Below, one piece after another: positions 35,679-36,857 of a stretch of DNA of 36,857 bases (positions are counted from its first letter, which is position 1; each line of letters begins with the position of its first letter). The notes beneath the pieces are model-generated. The model ran no database searches and was not told the DNA's origin. It was given only the letters and a program-made list of their open reading frames with translations. The position numbers and the translations under genes were made by a program. Origin of the DNA: Hydrurus foetidus (lineage: Eukaryota); NCBI GenBank assembly GCA_900617105.1, contig UYFQ01000378.1, forward strand, positions 1 through 36,857, written 5' to 3'.

Positions 35679-35911
35679 ATTGCGCTATTCGTCGAACCTT
35701 TCTTCTGCTACCTCTCAGTCCATCTACTCGTCCAAAACTTTTAGATAAGACTTCTTGAGCTACCGCTCGTCTGCCATAGGCCGACTTCTCTTGCAGCTTT
35801 AAGCTCAGAGAAACGTAGTTTAAGTTAGAGAAAGTCAGCATAACTGCTTTCTTGGAATCCCTAAGTTTGGGCTCTTCCATTCTTTAAGTTTCCGGTCGAA
35901 GTCGAAAGATC

Positions 35912-36044
35912 CTATCCTCGAGATTCATTATCCATCTGCTAGACCGCGATTGAATCGCGGAATGATCACCGCTGACAATAGATTAGTGCAAGAGACGTCT
36001 GTGGTCGGTCTGCATCAGCAGCCGAATACCTTTAAAGGTACCCA
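35912..36044 (+). repeat. Single degenerate copy of the 171-bp array unit in the putative retrotransposon leader
   Basis: Colinear shared blocks CTCGAGA, TATCCATC, ACCGCGATT, GAATCGCG, GAATGA, AATAGA, GTGCAA, CTGTGGT, CGGTCTGCATC, CCGAATAC and AAGGT are separated by small indels and substitutions. Confidence 0.85.
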
Positions 36045-36238
36045 ATTTTTCTACCATTCAAAATTTGGCTCTTACGCCATTAGACTTTTCAGTTCAAGAG
36101 TTGGTTAGAATTCTCTAACGCGTTGTTACTGACGTTACAGTACCCGTTAGCGAACAAGGCAAACCCCTTGCAAATTTTTTTTGTCAAGAAGGGATTGATC
36201 TCTGCTGTGTTTAAGCGAGATACATATCTAGTAGCGAT

Positions 36239-36857
36239 ATGTCCGCCGCCGCACCTCCATCTCCACCACCTCCTGATGAGGAAGAGATTGCTCGTCTCGC
36301 AGCGTTGGCTGCACTCAATGAGACTATTCCAATCAACAGTTCATTGTTTGGTAACAGCTCGCTGACGATGCAACTCCAGAGTGAGGTATTCGTGCTCAGA
36401 CACAACTTCATTGATGAAGCTGATGCCATTGAGTTCTACGAACAGGCTCAACGCAATCCCAACATGAAGTTGACGGACTGTATGCAGAAGCAGGCAATCG
36501 AACTTTTGAACTTCAAAATCTTAGTCGATCCTGAATTCAACATCATTGATCGTCGACAACGTCATGATTGGTTCACCATACTATCGGTGACTCAGGTAGC
36601 CACTCTAGTAGTGAAGTACTTCTGCCCAAACGGTTTGGGGGAGTGTACTTTGGCAGAGAGTTTTAGCCAGATTCCCTTCCACTACCAGATCGCTAACCAC
36701 GATCATGAGAATGCCACTTTCATTCGCTCCAACGAATTAGTGAGCAACTATGGGAGTTCGAAGGGTCCTCTGACTATGACTCAGCATGCTGAGCTTATTC
36801 AGATCTTGGAGAAACGCCTAGCTAAGGGTACTTAAATTCAACAAGACTACCTAAGAG
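36239..36857 (+). pseudogene. Gag-like ORF of the putative LTR retrotransposon (198 aa to a TAA at 36833-36835; the frame stays open afterwards to the window edge)
   Basis: Pro-rich N-terminus and helical-looking protein downstream of the LTR-like segment. The assignment rests on position; no diagnostic motif was seen. Confidence 0.4.

Overview
Eukaryotic, transposon-dense DNA with short AT-rich GT-AG introns and TTAGGG-type motifs; a stramenopile-like host is an inference only, and no ordinary host gene is recognisable. From left to right: (1) a decayed gag-like ORF1 with a CCCH-type finger, possibly from a Ngaro/DIRS-like retroelement (minus strand, about 517-2113). (2) A chain of PIF/Harbinger-family elements, each separated by exactly one TNA triplet: a 221-bp MITE (2637-2857), an apparently intact two-gene element E1 (2861-6854), and a decayed two-gene element E2 that starts at 6858 and whose degenerate right end appears only at about 35260. 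(3) Nested in E2: a second MITE copy in the transposase intron, a fold-back element carrying telomere-like repeats (11100-11793), a frameshifted spliced Crypton-like tyrosine recombinase gene (11828-14421), and a 20-kb polar tandem array (14641-34686). The array is built from a 66-bp hairpin-forming constant segment alternating with two cassette types (171-bp and 189-bp units); it contains 100 consecutive identical 171-bp units and is open on the minus strand. (4) The 5' end of a probable LTR retrotransposon (LTR 35472-35678, gag-like ORF from 36239). The most notable observations are an ~80-nt non-coding element conserved in non-homologous introns of the two highly diverged Harbinger ORF2 genes, the recombinase-adjacent repeat/cassette array, and a colinear degenerate copy of the array unit in the leader of the neighbouring LTR element. 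All alignments and folds were done by eye and no database search was possible.
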